32,000 nucleotides of DNA from Pyrodictium abyssi (GTDB lineage Archaea > Thermoproteota > Thermoprotei_A > Sulfolobales > Pyrodictiaceae): positions 480,001 to 512,000 of the forward strand of contig NZ_AP028907.1 in NCBI RefSeq assembly GCF_036323395.1. The letters are read 5' to 3'. The notes beneath the pieces were generated by a model. The model had not been told where the DNA came from. It searched no databases and saw only the letters and a program-made list of their open reading frames with translations. Below are positions 17,880-26,508 of the stretch, piece after piece. Position 1 is the first letter of the stretch. Every line of letters starts with the position of its first letter. Position numbers and translations under genes: made by a program.

Positions 17880-19151
17880 ATGGACGCTAGGCAAGCTGCT
17901 AGAACAGTGGTAATAGTAGCTGTATTCTTAGTAGCGCTGCTAGGCTACTGGCGGCTGACGTTACCAGGCTACTTTGAAGGCATGAGCCTCTGTGGCGAGG
18001 GCTGCCATGTAACCAACACCCTCGACTACAAGAAGATTACACACCCGTTCTGGTGCATTGGCTGCCACGGATTCGGTGTCAAGAGCGAAATTATGCCGGG
18101 GATACCGCTGCAGCGAGACCCCGAGATAGAGATGCTTGTCGAGGAGCACGGTGAATGCGTCATGTGCCACAGTGTGCCCGGAGAATTCCACTGGAAGCAC
18201 ATCAACGCCACCGAGGAAGAACTAGCCAAACTAGGGCTAGAGCGTCCAGTGCAGTGTACAGACTGCCACACCACAGCCTATCACGGCGGCCACAAGGATA
18301 TGCCTAAAGACGACTCGTGTCTCAAGTGCCATGATACTGAGAAGCTCCATCCAGACATGAATAAGAAGCTTGTCTCAGCGTGTACCAAGTGCCACTCCGA
18401 GGAGCCCGCGGTAGACTGGACTGTGTTCAGAAAGGGCCAGCTGGGCTATGGCTTCGTAGCCGATGCTGGCCTAGCTCTAGCCTCCGACATAGGTGTCGTG
18501 AAGTCTGTGGCTCCTGGCTGCCTCCTATGCCATAACACGCCGGAGGCACAGGGGCACATAAAGCATGTAGGCAAGAAGTACGAGGGTAGAGAAGTAGACT
18601 GTCTCGATTGCCACAGGAACGATATACCGCACGGCGAGAAAGTGGGAACCAGTGTATGTCTCGACTGCCACCAGCCCGGTGAAGTAAAGTGCCACGATGT
18701 TAACTTCGAAGAGTATCTCGTCGACTGCTACAAGTGCCACGGCGGCTTCAAGCTCGCCAACGAGACGCTATACCTAACCGGAGTCGGGTGTAGGGGCTGC
18801 CACGCTGATACACTCAAGAAGATAACAAGCCTAGGACTACACCTCAAACACACAAAGTACTTCAACTGCGATAAGTGCCACGACATCGAATCTGGCAGCC
18901 ACAAAGCCTTCGTAGAGTCTGCCGGTGATGTGGAGAAGTGTCTAGAATGCCATACAGAGGCAGGAGGCGTAAAGCCAGAAGCACTCAAGGATATCAAATC
19001 CACGGTTGCGCTAACCTTCAGCGAGGACATAAAGCACGTAGACCTCGTGAAGAGGGCCGACGGTAACTGCTTCAAGTGCCACGATGAATGGTATGTCAGC
19101 GGCAAGCCCAAGGTATTCTACTACAAGGTGCAAGATAGTGATAAGGGCTAG
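17880..19151 (+). CDS. N-terminally anchored multiheme cytochrome c (13 CXXCH plus one CX3CH)
   Basis: 423 aa. N-terminal TM 'TVVIVAVFLVALLGYW'; CXXCH motifs CIGCH, CVMCH, CTDCH, CLKCH, CTKCH, CLLCH, CLDCH, CLDCH, CYKCH, CRGCH, CDKCH, CLECH, CFKCH; also 'CGEGCH'. Confidence 0.93.
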   Translation: MDARQAARTVVIVAVFLVALLGYWRLTLPGYFEGMSLCGEGCHVTNTLDYKKITHPFWCIGCHGFGVKSEIMPGIPLQRDPEIEMLVEEHGECVMCHSVPGEFHWKHINATEEELAKLGLERPVQCTDCHTTAYHGGHKDMPKDDSCLKCHDTEKLHPDMNKKLVSACTKCHSEEPAVDWTVFRKGQLGYGFVADAGLALASDIGVVKSVAPGCLLCHNTPEAQGHIKHVGKKYEGREVDCLDCHRNDIPHGEKVGTSVCLDCHQPGEVKCHDVNFEEYLVDCYKCHGGFKLANETLYLTGVGCRGCHADTLKKITSLGLHLKHTKYFNCDKCHDIESGSHKAFVESAGDVEKCLECHTEAGGVKPEALKDIKSTVALTFSEDIKHVDLVKRADGNCFKCHDEWYVSGKPKVFYYKVQDSDKG

Positions 19152-19231
19152 CTTTTGCGCTACTTGTCCCGCCTTATGGTTAGAAACTTATGGTTAGAAA
19201 AGGATGTGTCCCCGGGGGTGCCGTGTAGGCC

Positions 19232-19978
19232 TTGAGCACGGTTAGGACCGAGGCCGCGGGTAGCCAGGCCCCCAGCTGGCTCCAGGAGCATCTGTGGCTC
19301 CGCCTACGCGCCTTATTCGACCTAGTGCTGCAGCTCAGCGTGCTCCGGCGCCGCCGTGATATAGGCGAATGGCTGGTTGTATGGCTTACATACCTGGGCA
19401 TAGTCGGCGCCATACTAATGGCCATAGTAACGGCTGCGACGAGGGGCGTAATCCTAGCCGCGAACACGGTTCTAAGGCCGCATGCGCTGCCGATAATCAG
19501 CCCAGAGCTCGAGAAGATATTCATAAGCTGGCCTCAGCTAGCCATAGGTATGGGGTACCACGCGCACATAATTACAGCGCTATACTTCGCAGCCCCAGCG
19601 TACACAGCCGCCTTCATCGCAGCCTTCCTGTTGAAGGACGAGTGGCTGCGCAAATTCCTATTCCCAAGGGGGATAAACATTAGGGATCTGTCTGACCACC
19701 TGCTGCTAGTGCTGAGCTTCGCCACGGCCGTCATGGTCGCGGTGATAGCGCCCAGGATGGCTGCTAGCGGTGCACTAGTGCCGGGGCTCCAGGCGCTAGC
19801 CCCGCATATAGCAGTAGGGACCTTCTGGATAATCTACTCCCTAGCGATACGCGGGCTGGCATACCGCATCGTCGGCGCGGCACTAGGACTGCTATACGTG
19901 GTGATCTTCAACCACTACCCGAGGGAGGCCTTCCGGGACCTGTTCGAGGAGGACCCCTGGGTAAGCCTACTACGCTAA
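19232..19978 (+). CDS. Integral membrane protein, candidate cytochrome b-type / electron-transfer membrane subunit
   Basis: 248 aa, TTG start. About five hydrophobic segments with candidate TM histidines ('GMGYHAHIITALYF', 'LAPHIAVGTFWIIYSL'). Directly downstream of the 13+-heme cytochrome. Family not firmly recognised. Confidence 0.55.
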   Translation: MSTVRTEAAGSQAPSWLQEHLWLRLRALFDLVLQLSVLRRRRDIGEWLVVWLTYLGIVGAILMAIVTAATRGVILAANTVLRPHALPIISPELEKIFISWPQLAIGMGYHAHIITALYFAAPAYTAAFIAAFLLKDEWLRKFLFPRGINIRDLSDHLLLVLSFATAVMVAVIAPRMAASGALVPGLQALAPHIAVGTFWIIYSLAIRGLAYRIVGAALGLLYVVIFNHYPREAFRDLFEEDPWVSLLR

Positions 19979-20232
19979 CAGGGTAGTGCCGAGCCCAATA
20001 GGCTGAATGGTTTTTGCACCCACGTATCCGCTTAAGCTAGGCGTGGCCCCACCTGTTCCCCTGTGCAGGTCCTCAGTATGCCTCCAGGGGCCCTTGTTTA
20101 CGCGGTAAGGGCTCATGATGTGTCTCTGGTTGTGCAGCCGCGAGCCTCTTAGCTGGTAGGGCCCACGGCTGTGCCTGGCACCAACTCCTCCCACCGGGGC
20201 CGGCTAGCTGCCTAGACAAGGGCTGTAGGGCT

Positions 20233-21315
20233 ATGCTGTGGTTTGTGCTCACGACTGGCGCCTGTAACCTGCGCTGTAGGTACTGCGGCGGCGGGTTCCC
20301 GGCCGAGTACTCTCCGCCGCGCCCCCTGTACCGGGCCGAGGAGCTCGTGGAGACCATTGCGCGGCTTGACCCGGACCCGGTGGTCTTCTTCTACGGGGGC
20401 GAGCCCTTGCTGAACCCGAGGCTGATAATGGAGGTAATGGACCTCCTGCCGGGGGCCAGGTACGGGATACAGACGAACGGCCTCCTCTACCGCCGGCTCC
20501 CCGAGGAGTACTGGGCGAGGTTCAGCCGTGTCCTCCTCAGCATAGACGGCGTCGAGAAGGTCACGGACAAGTGGAGGGGCCGGGGCGTCTACCGCCGCGT
20601 GCTGGAGGCCCTAGGGTTCCTCCTGGAGCTGCGTAGGCGCCGTGGCGGCCCCAGGGTCCTGGTCGCCAGGATGGCGGCGACCCGTGACACCGTGATAGAC
20701 CGTGACGTGCTCCACCTCCTCGGCCTCGGGTTCGACAAGGCCCACTGGCAGCTCGACGCTGTCTGGAGCGAGCCCTGGCCCCTAGGCGAGTGGGCCCGCG
20801 GGATATACCTCCCGGGGCTCCGGAGGCTCGCCGAGTGGGTCGCCCGGAGGCCCTGGGAGAGGCTCAGCAGGGTAGCCCCGTTCCACGGGATAGTCTCGGC
20901 GCTCTACAGCGGGGGCTACCGCTGGTACCCCTGCGGCGCTGGCCGCGGCGCGGTGGCGGTGAACACGGATGGGAGGATACTGGCGTGCCCGATAGCGGTC
21001 CGCGAGCAGTGGGCGGTGCTGGGTAGGCTGGGCGAGTGGAGCGGCAGGCTCGCGCCCAGCAGCATGCTGCCGGAGAGGTGCCGCCGGTGCAGCTACCTGC
21101 CCCTTTGCGGGGGCCGCTGCCTCTACGCCCAGCTGGAGTCGGATTACTGGCCCCGCGAGCTACTCGAGGAGCTGGACAGGGTGACCCGTAGGACTATAGA
21201 CATTGTTCTCTCGGTCGTGGTGCCGGCGGTGGAGAGGGCTGTGGAGAAAGGGCTTATGAGCCCGGGTGACGTCTTCTACGACCCCCTGGAGGAGTCCACC
21301 GAGGTCATACCCTAG
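20233..21315 (+). CDS. Radical SAM protein with SPASM/twitch-like C-terminal Cys cluster
   Basis: 360 aa. CX3CX2C in 'TGACNLRCRYCGGGF', 'FFYGGEPLLNPRL' (GGEP), C-terminal 'WYPCGAGRGAVAVNTDGRILACPIAV...RCRRCSYLPLCGGRCLY'. Confidence 0.92.
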   Translation: MLWFVLTTGACNLRCRYCGGGFPAEYSPPRPLYRAEELVETIARLDPDPVVFFYGGEPLLNPRLIMEVMDLLPGARYGIQTNGLLYRRLPEEYWARFSRVLLSIDGVEKVTDKWRGRGVYRRVLEALGFLLELRRRRGGPRVLVARMAATRDTVIDRDVLHLLGLGFDKAHWQLDAVWSEPWPLGEWARGIYLPGLRRLAEWVARRPWERLSRVAPFHGIVSALYSGGYRWYPCGAGRGAVAVNTDGRILACPIAVREQWAVLGRLGEWSGRLAPSSMLPERCRRCSYLPLCGGRCLYAQLESDYWPRELLEELDRVTRRTIDIVLSVVVPAVERAVEKGLMSPGDVFYDPLEESTEVIP

Positions 21316-22730
21316 GGCTGCTCGTCCTCGTCCCCGCAGGTCTCTACCGCCTTGTCGGCGTAGTAGACGGCCTGCTGCACCAGGTACTTGATGGGGCCTA
21401 GGTAGCGGCGGGGGTCGAGCTCCTCGTAGAGCCTGGTGAGGCCGAAGTACTTGCCTATCCTGGGGTCCTCAGCCGCCACCTCGTAGAGGGGCTTCCCGGT
21501 CCTCGCGGCCTTCTCGGCGAGCTCCTTGGCTATCCGGTAGGCCTCGGAGCGCTTCATGCCGAGCTCCCTTATCAGCAGGTTCATCAGCGCCTCCGCCATT
21601 ATGGCGCCGCGGCTCATCATGAGGTTCTCGTACATCCTCTCCGGGCTGAAGCGGAGCCTGCTTATCAGCTCCCAGGTGTCGTCGAGCATCTGGTCGATGG
21701 TCAGCAGGAGGTGTGGTATAATCACCCTCTCGGCGCTGCTGTTGCTGAGGTCGCGCTCGTGCCACAGTACTATGTTCTCGTAGAAGGCTAGTACTAGGCT
21801 CCGGGCTACCCGGGCGAGCCCGCTTATCCTCTCAGCGGTGACGGGGTTCGCCTTGTGGGGCATAGCGCTGCTGCCTAGCGTGCCGGTACGGTCCTCCCAC
21901 ATCTCCATTATCTCGGGCCTGGCCAGCTCCCGGACCTCGGTGGCGAAGCGGTCCAGCTGGCTCGCGAGGATGGCCAGGACCGAGGCTAGCTCGGCGAAGC
22001 CGTCGCGGGGCGCGACCTGCGTCGTTATGAGGTGGGGCTCGAGGCCCAGGTGCTGGCACACTATTTCGCGGATACGGAGCCCCTTGATGCCCCACGCGGC
22101 CATGGTGCCTACGGCGCCGCCTATCTTGGCGCGTATAGCCCTCTTCATAGCGTCGCAGAGCCGTTCGTGGCTCCGGGCTAGCTCGTAGACGTAGTTGGCC
22201 AGCTTGAAGCCGAGGGTTATGGGGAGGGCGTGCTGGCCGTGGGTACGCCCCACCATCACTATGTCCACGGTCTCCTCGGCCTTGGTGGCCAGGGCCTCGA
22301 TGACCTTAGCCAACTTGCTCTCGATGATTATGAGGGCCTCGCGGAGTGTCAGCGCCCACGCGGTGTCTATTATGTCGTTGCTTGTGGCGCCGTAGTGTAT
22401 CCACCGGGCGACCTCGTCCCCGCCCTTCTCGGCCAGCAGCTCTATGAGCGCTATAACCTCGTGGCCAGTCTTCTTCTCCCTCTCCGCTACCTCCTCCGGC
22501 GTTATCTTCTTCGCGGCCTCGCGTATCTTCACGGCGGCCTCGGGCGGGGCGAGCCCCACCTCAACGAGGGCGTCCATGAGCGCGATCTCGACGAGTATCA
22601 TGTTCTTGAGTATCTCGCTGCGGGAGAGGACGTACTTCATCTTGGGGCTTCCGTAGCGCCAGTCGAAGACGCAGACGGAGTCGGGGCAGCTCTTGTAGTA
22701 GATGTCCTCGTCGAAGCCTATCAGGGTCAA
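21312..22730 (-). CDS. purB: Adenylosuccinate lyase
   Basis: 472 aa. Signature 'GSSAMPHKANPVTAERISGLARVARSL'; 'HYGATSNDIIDTAWALTLREAL'; 'VGRTHGQHALPITLGFKLANY'. Confidence 0.96.
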   Translation of the reverse strand: MTLIGFDEDIYYKSCPDSVCVFDWRYGSPKMKYVLSRSEILKNMILVEIALMDALVEVGLAPPEAAVKIREAAKKITPEEVAEREKKTGHEVIALIELLAEKGGDEVARWIHYGATSNDIIDTAWALTLREALIIIESKLAKVIEALATKAEETVDIVMVGRTHGQHALPITLGFKLANYVYELARSHERLCDAMKRAIRAKIGGAVGTMAAWGIKGLRIREIVCQHLGLEPHLITTQVAPRDGFAELASVLAILASQLDRFATEVRELARPEIMEMWEDRTGTLGSSAMPHKANPVTAERISGLARVARSLVLAFYENIVLWHERDLSNSSAERVIIPHLLLTIDQMLDDTWELISRLRFSPERMYENLMMSRGAIMAEALMNLLIRELGMKRSEAYRIAKELAEKAARTGKPLYEVAAEDPRIGKYFGLTRLYEELDPRRYLGPIKYLVQQAVYYADKAVETCGDEDEQP

Positions 22731-22805
22731 GGCGTAGGGGCACCTCCCGCGGGGTCCAGGTGCCTAGGAGCATGGCGGCCCACAAACATGTGTGGCGGTG
22801 ATGGG

Positions 22806-24239
22806 CTAGTCCATGGCCTCTACCGGTAGCCGAGCCTCGGCCCCGAGCCTCTCCGCGGCCCCGCGCGCCGCTAGGTAGCCGGTGGCTGCTGCTACGTTTA
22901 TCCCGCGGCTCAGCCCAGCCCCGTCCCCCGCGGCGTATAGGCCTGGCATGCTCGTCTCCATGGTGGGCGTCTTTACGCGTACCCGGAGCGAGTAGTACTT
23001 CACCTCGGGCGCGTAGAGGAGCGTGTGCTTGCTCCACACTCCTGGCGCTAGGTCGTCGAGCCTCTCCAGGCCCTCGAGGATGTCTGTGAGGACCCGATAG
23101 GGCAGCGCCATGCCTATATCGCCCGGCGTGGCCTCCCGGAGAGTCGGCTCGACAACGCTCCTCTCTATACGGTCCCGTGTGCTCCTCCGCCCGGCTAGGA
23201 GGTCGCCGAGCCTCTGGACCAGGGGCTCGCCACCGCCCAGCTTAGTAGCCATCCTCGCTATGCTGCGGCCATACTCCAGCGCGTCCTCCATCGGGTCGGT
23301 TAGCTTTATTGTGACCAGGAAGGCGAAGTTCGTGTTCATGCTCCGGCGGGACGCGAAGGTCTCCCCGTTGACCCCGACCAGGCCGTCGCCGTAAACCTCC
23401 TTGACCACGTAGCCGCCCGGGTTGGTGCAGAACGTCCGCACCCTGTCGTCGAAGGTGCGTGTGTGGAATATGATCTTGGGGTCCCATACGACGCTCGTGA
23501 GAGGCTCCATCACCCGGTAGGGCACCTCCACGCGTACACCCACGTCGAGCGGCCCCGGCTCGGTCTCGAGGCCGAGGCGCCGTGCCTCCCGGGCGAGCCA
23601 GTGGGCCCCGCTACGGCCCGGCGCGAGTATCACAGTCCTGGCCTCTAGCTCGCCGCGGCTGGTCCTCAGGATGTAGCCGCCCCCGGGCCGGGGCTCGACA
23701 CGCTCCACCCGGGTGAGCGTGTGCAGCCTGACACCCTTCTCCACGAGGTACACCGTCATAGCCTCTATGACCTTAACAGTGTTCTCTGTGCCCATGTGCC
23801 GCTGCCTTATCGGGATGAACCTGGCCCCGGCGCGTATCGCCTTCCTCTCTAGCTCGGAGACCCGGGAGGGGTCGGGCTCGAAGAGCCGGTCCCGGGGCGC
23901 CCCGAAGTAGAGGAACACCTGGTCCACGAGCTCTATCAGGCGCTGGGCCTCCTCCCAGCCGCCGACGAGCCGGTGGAGCTCGCCGCCCACGTCGGGCCTC
24001 AGGTTTATGATGCCGCTGCTGAGCGCCCCTGCGCCACCGACCCCCTGCATGATTGCGCAGGGCTTGCAGTTGGCGCAGCGGCCGGTCTCGCGTAGCGGGC
24101 ACCGCCTCTGGGAGGCCCGTAGCCCCTCGTCCAGCAGGGCTACCCGTAGCCGGCCCCGCCCGGCCTCCCCGGCTAGGGCGAGGGCCGCGAATAGCCCGGC
24201 TGGGCCGGCGCCGACCACGGCTACGTCGTAGAGGGGCAC
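22806..24239 (-). CDS. FAD-dependent oxidoreductase (uncharacterised FAD-dependent dehydrogenase type)
   Basis: 477 aa. N-terminal Rossmann 'DVAVVGAGPAGLFAALALAG'; C-terminal FAD-binding 'PGLYAAGDGAGLSRGINVAAATG'; Cys cluster 'CPLRETGRCANCKPCAIMQGVGGAGALSSG'. Confidence 0.88.
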   Translation of the reverse strand: MPLYDVAVVGAGPAGLFAALALAGEAGRGRLRVALLDEGLRASQRRCPLRETGRCANCKPCAIMQGVGGAGALSSGIINLRPDVGGELHRLVGGWEEAQRLIELVDQVFLYFGAPRDRLFEPDPSRVSELERKAIRAGARFIPIRQRHMGTENTVKVIEAMTVYLVEKGVRLHTLTRVERVEPRPGGGYILRTSRGELEARTVILAPGRSGAHWLAREARRLGLETEPGPLDVGVRVEVPYRVMEPLTSVVWDPKIIFHTRTFDDRVRTFCTNPGGYVVKEVYGDGLVGVNGETFASRRSMNTNFAFLVTIKLTDPMEDALEYGRSIARMATKLGGGEPLVQRLGDLLAGRRSTRDRIERSVVEPTLREATPGDIGMALPYRVLTDILEGLERLDDLAPGVWSKHTLLYAPEVKYYSLRVRVKTPTMETSMPGLYAAGDGAGLSRGINVAAATGYLAARGAAERLGAEARLPVEAMD

Positions 24240-24242
24240 CGC

Positions 24243-25259
24243 TTACTCCACCCCCTTCTCCCTGGAGAGGTTGATGGTGCACTCGACGTCCTCGCCCGTC
24301 CCCACCAGGGCCACGGGGACGCCTAGCTTGTCCTCGACCTCCTCTATCCAGGCACGGGCCTCCCTGGGCAGCTCCTCCCAGCGCCTACGGCACCTTGCCT
24401 CGGGGAACACACGATCGATCTTCGTCAGTGCCACGTCTGTGGCCGTGTTGGCGCGCACGGCGCGCAGAGCTAGCTCGAGGTTGAAGGGCGCTACCCGGCG
24501 GGGCCTCCCCGTGACGGTCCCGTACTCGGCCCAGCCCAGCTCCACGGCCTTCTCGTGGGGCAGCTCGCCGGGCAGGGGGCCCGAGCCAACACGGGTCACG
24601 TAGGCCTTGAGGACCACGGTTATCCTCTCCACGCTGCGGGGGCCTAGGCCCAGCTCGCTCAGCGCAGCAGCGGCGGTGGTGTCGCGGCTGGTGACGTAGG
24701 GGTAGGTGCCGTGGTAGAGGCTCAGCCAGTAGCCCTGCGACGCCTCCACCAGTATCAGCTCGCCCCTATCGAGAGCCTCGAGCATCTCGAGCTGGGTGTC
24801 AGTGACCAGGTCCTCTAGCTCCGGGTAGTCGCGTGCGAGGCGGAGCCTGCGGAGCACGCGTTCCACCATAGCCGCGCCTACGCCGGTCCCAGTGGAGCCA
24901 ATGCGCTTCATGAGGTGCTGGTCGCTCCTCTCCCGGGCCACGTGCTCCGAGGTTATGACGCCCGTGTTGTAGTCCAGCCATATCCTGCCCCGGAGCCCTA
25001 GGGCCTCGACCTCGGAGAGGAAGACCTCGAGGTCTACGAGGGCGCCGCGGGCTATGTAGAGCCGGGTCCCGGGGTTGAGGAAGCTGCTCGGGGAGGCGCG
25101 GAGCTTCCACACCCGGCCCCTGTGCACGACCGTGTGGCCCGCGTTAGTGGCCCCGGTGCGGGCGCTCCCCCAGGGCCTCCGGGACAGAGCCAGATAGGCG
25201 GCTACGCGGCCCTTCCCCTCGTCGCCGAAGAAGCCCCCAACCACTATGTGGACGGGCAC
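24243..25259 (-). CDS. purA: Adenylosuccinate synthetase, short archaeal form
   Basis: 338 aa. 'VGGFFGDEGKGRVAAYLAL', 'RTGATNAGHTVV', 'GSTGTGVGAAM', 'TSRDTTAAAALSELGL', 'VTGRPRR'. Confidence 0.95.
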   Translation of the reverse strand: MPVHIVVGGFFGDEGKGRVAAYLALSRRPWGSARTGATNAGHTVVHRGRVWKLRASPSSFLNPGTRLYIARGALVDLEVFLSEVEALGLRGRIWLDYNTGVITSEHVARERSDQHLMKRIGSTGTGVGAAMVERVLRRLRLARDYPELEDLVTDTQLEMLEALDRGELILVEASQGYWLSLYHGTYPYVTSRDTTAAAALSELGLGPRSVERITVVLKAYVTRVGSGPLPGELPHEKAVELGWAEYGTVTGRPRRVAPFNLELALRAVRANTATDVALTKIDRVFPEARCRRRWEELPREARAWIEEVEDKLGVPVALVGTGEDVECTINLSREKGVE

Positions 25260-25413
25260 AGGGTTCCCAAGCTCTTGTGTCGCTAAGGCGGCTCAGCACT
25301 CTATATAACGTTTTCTAACGTGTGCTACCAGAACACGATATTGCATCACGCCATGTAAAAACACGTATATGGGTTGCAGTGCAGCCCGGGAGAAAGCCGC
25401 AGCAGCCCAGCGG

Positions 25414-25968
25414 CTAGCCGAACACGTAGGCTATACCTGTCTCCCCCATCACCGGCCGCTTCTCCAGCAGCCTGGAGGCGAGGCCCGGTAGCCCCGTCCC
25501 GGGCAGCGCCCCGATATAGTCCAGGAACGGGCCCAGATCCCTCACCACGACCAGCATACGGCCAGGCTCCGGCACGTAGACGAGACGGGGCCCCGGTGGC
25601 GACGCCAGGAACCCGTACCGCACAACAACCCTGCTAGTAGTGCTCAGCAGGAGCAGACCTGGGCACTTAAACGAGTCCATAAGCTCCTGGAACCGGTACG
25701 GCAGCCCCTCTAGGTTCCTCTGTATATCCTCTAGCCGGCAGCCATCAGCCAGCAGCACAGCCTCCAGGTAGTAACGCCCAGTGACATCAAGAGGCCCCTC
25801 CCGGAGAGGCTGCACAGCAACGTAGACTAGCCGCCCACCGCCCTCATAGGGCGAGACAAGCATGTCAACGCTATAGAGCCCGTCGCCGAGGATAATAGGC
25901 TGCTCGACCTTGAGGCCGACACGGCTCCACCGGGGCCCAGCCCCCGCCGCTTCACCCAACCCCGCCAC
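25414..25968 (-). CDS. Hypothetical protein
   Basis: 184 aa with a regular, non-low-complexity composition. No recognised motif. Same strand as purA. Confidence 0.6.
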   Translation of the reverse strand: MAGLGEAAGAGPRWSRVGLKVEQPIILGDGLYSVDMLVSPYEGGGRLVYVAVQPLREGPLDVTGRYYLEAVLLADGCRLEDIQRNLEGLPYRFQELMDSFKCPGLLLLSTTSRVVVRYGFLASPPGPRLVYVPEPGRMLVVVRDLGPFLDYIGALPGTGLPGLASRLLEKRPVMGETGIAYVFG

Positions 25969-26307
25969 CCCCAGGAGACCCGCCGCCCCTCCTCGCCGGG
26001 GCGGTGATAATACTCCAGAATGCGAACATTACATGCATGCGTAGCACACATCCTTCTTCCGCGTTAAACCCGGTATTACTTCCAGCGAGAGACTGGTTAT
26101 AACCCTAGTGCAACAAGTGCACGGGCCGCAATACGGGCCTAGGAATAACACCCCGGAACCACGATGCAATAACCCTGTAAGGCCCTAGTATCAGTGCCTA
26201 TGCATTCCACGGGAAGTCCACAGGCTAAATAGAGCGTAAGTGTGCACCAGGAGACACCATGAGCGGCAGCATGCAGGGGCCGCGCATTGTATCTACGATA
26301 GCCGCGG

Positions 26308-26324
26308 CCTGGCAATAAGCCAGG
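26308..26324. other. Small perfect hairpin (CCTGGC-AATAA-GCCAGG) in a non-coding interval
   Basis: 6-bp perfect stem with a 5-nt loop, read directly from the sequence. Confidence 0.35.
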
Positions 26325-26444
26325 TCTACCCTTTGCACCCCCTCCTTTCGGCGCAGTAGCGACGCTATACAGCAGCTATTACCAAGAACGCCTCAGGGTC
26401 AGCAGAACGTGGTCGGCAACGCCCCCACCTACTCGAGTCGCAGA

Positions 26445-26508
26445 TTCAATCCTTCAATCCTAATGTTACCCTAAGTTATAGGTTATAGTTGGTAATTATA
26501 GTTGGTAA
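26445..26508. repeat. Two short perfect tandem duplications: ttcaatcc x2 (26445-26460) and ttatagttggtaa x2 (26483-26508)
   Basis: Direct reading of '...attcaatccttcaatcctaatgttaccctaagttataggttatagttggtaattatagttggtaatatt'. Confidence 0.75.

Noticed and set aside
18696-18703. Isolated 'KCH' after CLDCHQPGEV considered as a further heme site
   Set aside because: The preceding Cys is already part of a CXXCH motif and the spacing does not fit an accepted heme attachment motif.
19970-20357. Two minus-strand ORFs between the membrane protein and the radical SAM gene, considered as precursor peptide genes
   Set aside because: No leader-like sequence, irregular composition, opposite strand to the radical SAM gene, and partial overlap with its coding sequence.
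21469-23037. Alternative ORFs overlapping purB and the FAD gene (21469-21765 -, 21832-22095 -, 22230-22829 +, 22561-23037 -)
   Set aside because: They overlap well-supported purB/FAD coding sequence and have Arg/Gly/Pro-rich, non-protein-like composition, as expected for spurious ORFs in GC-rich DNA.
23773-25110. Overlapping minus/plus ORFs over the FAD gene and purA (23773-24282 -, 24271-24603 +, 24799-25110 -)
   Set aside because: Out-of-frame shadows of the FAD oxidoreductase and purA; low-complexity Arg/Ala/Pro translations.
26445-26508. Tandem short repeats considered as a CRISPR array
   Set aside because: Units are 8 and 13 nt, only two copies each, and lack spacers.
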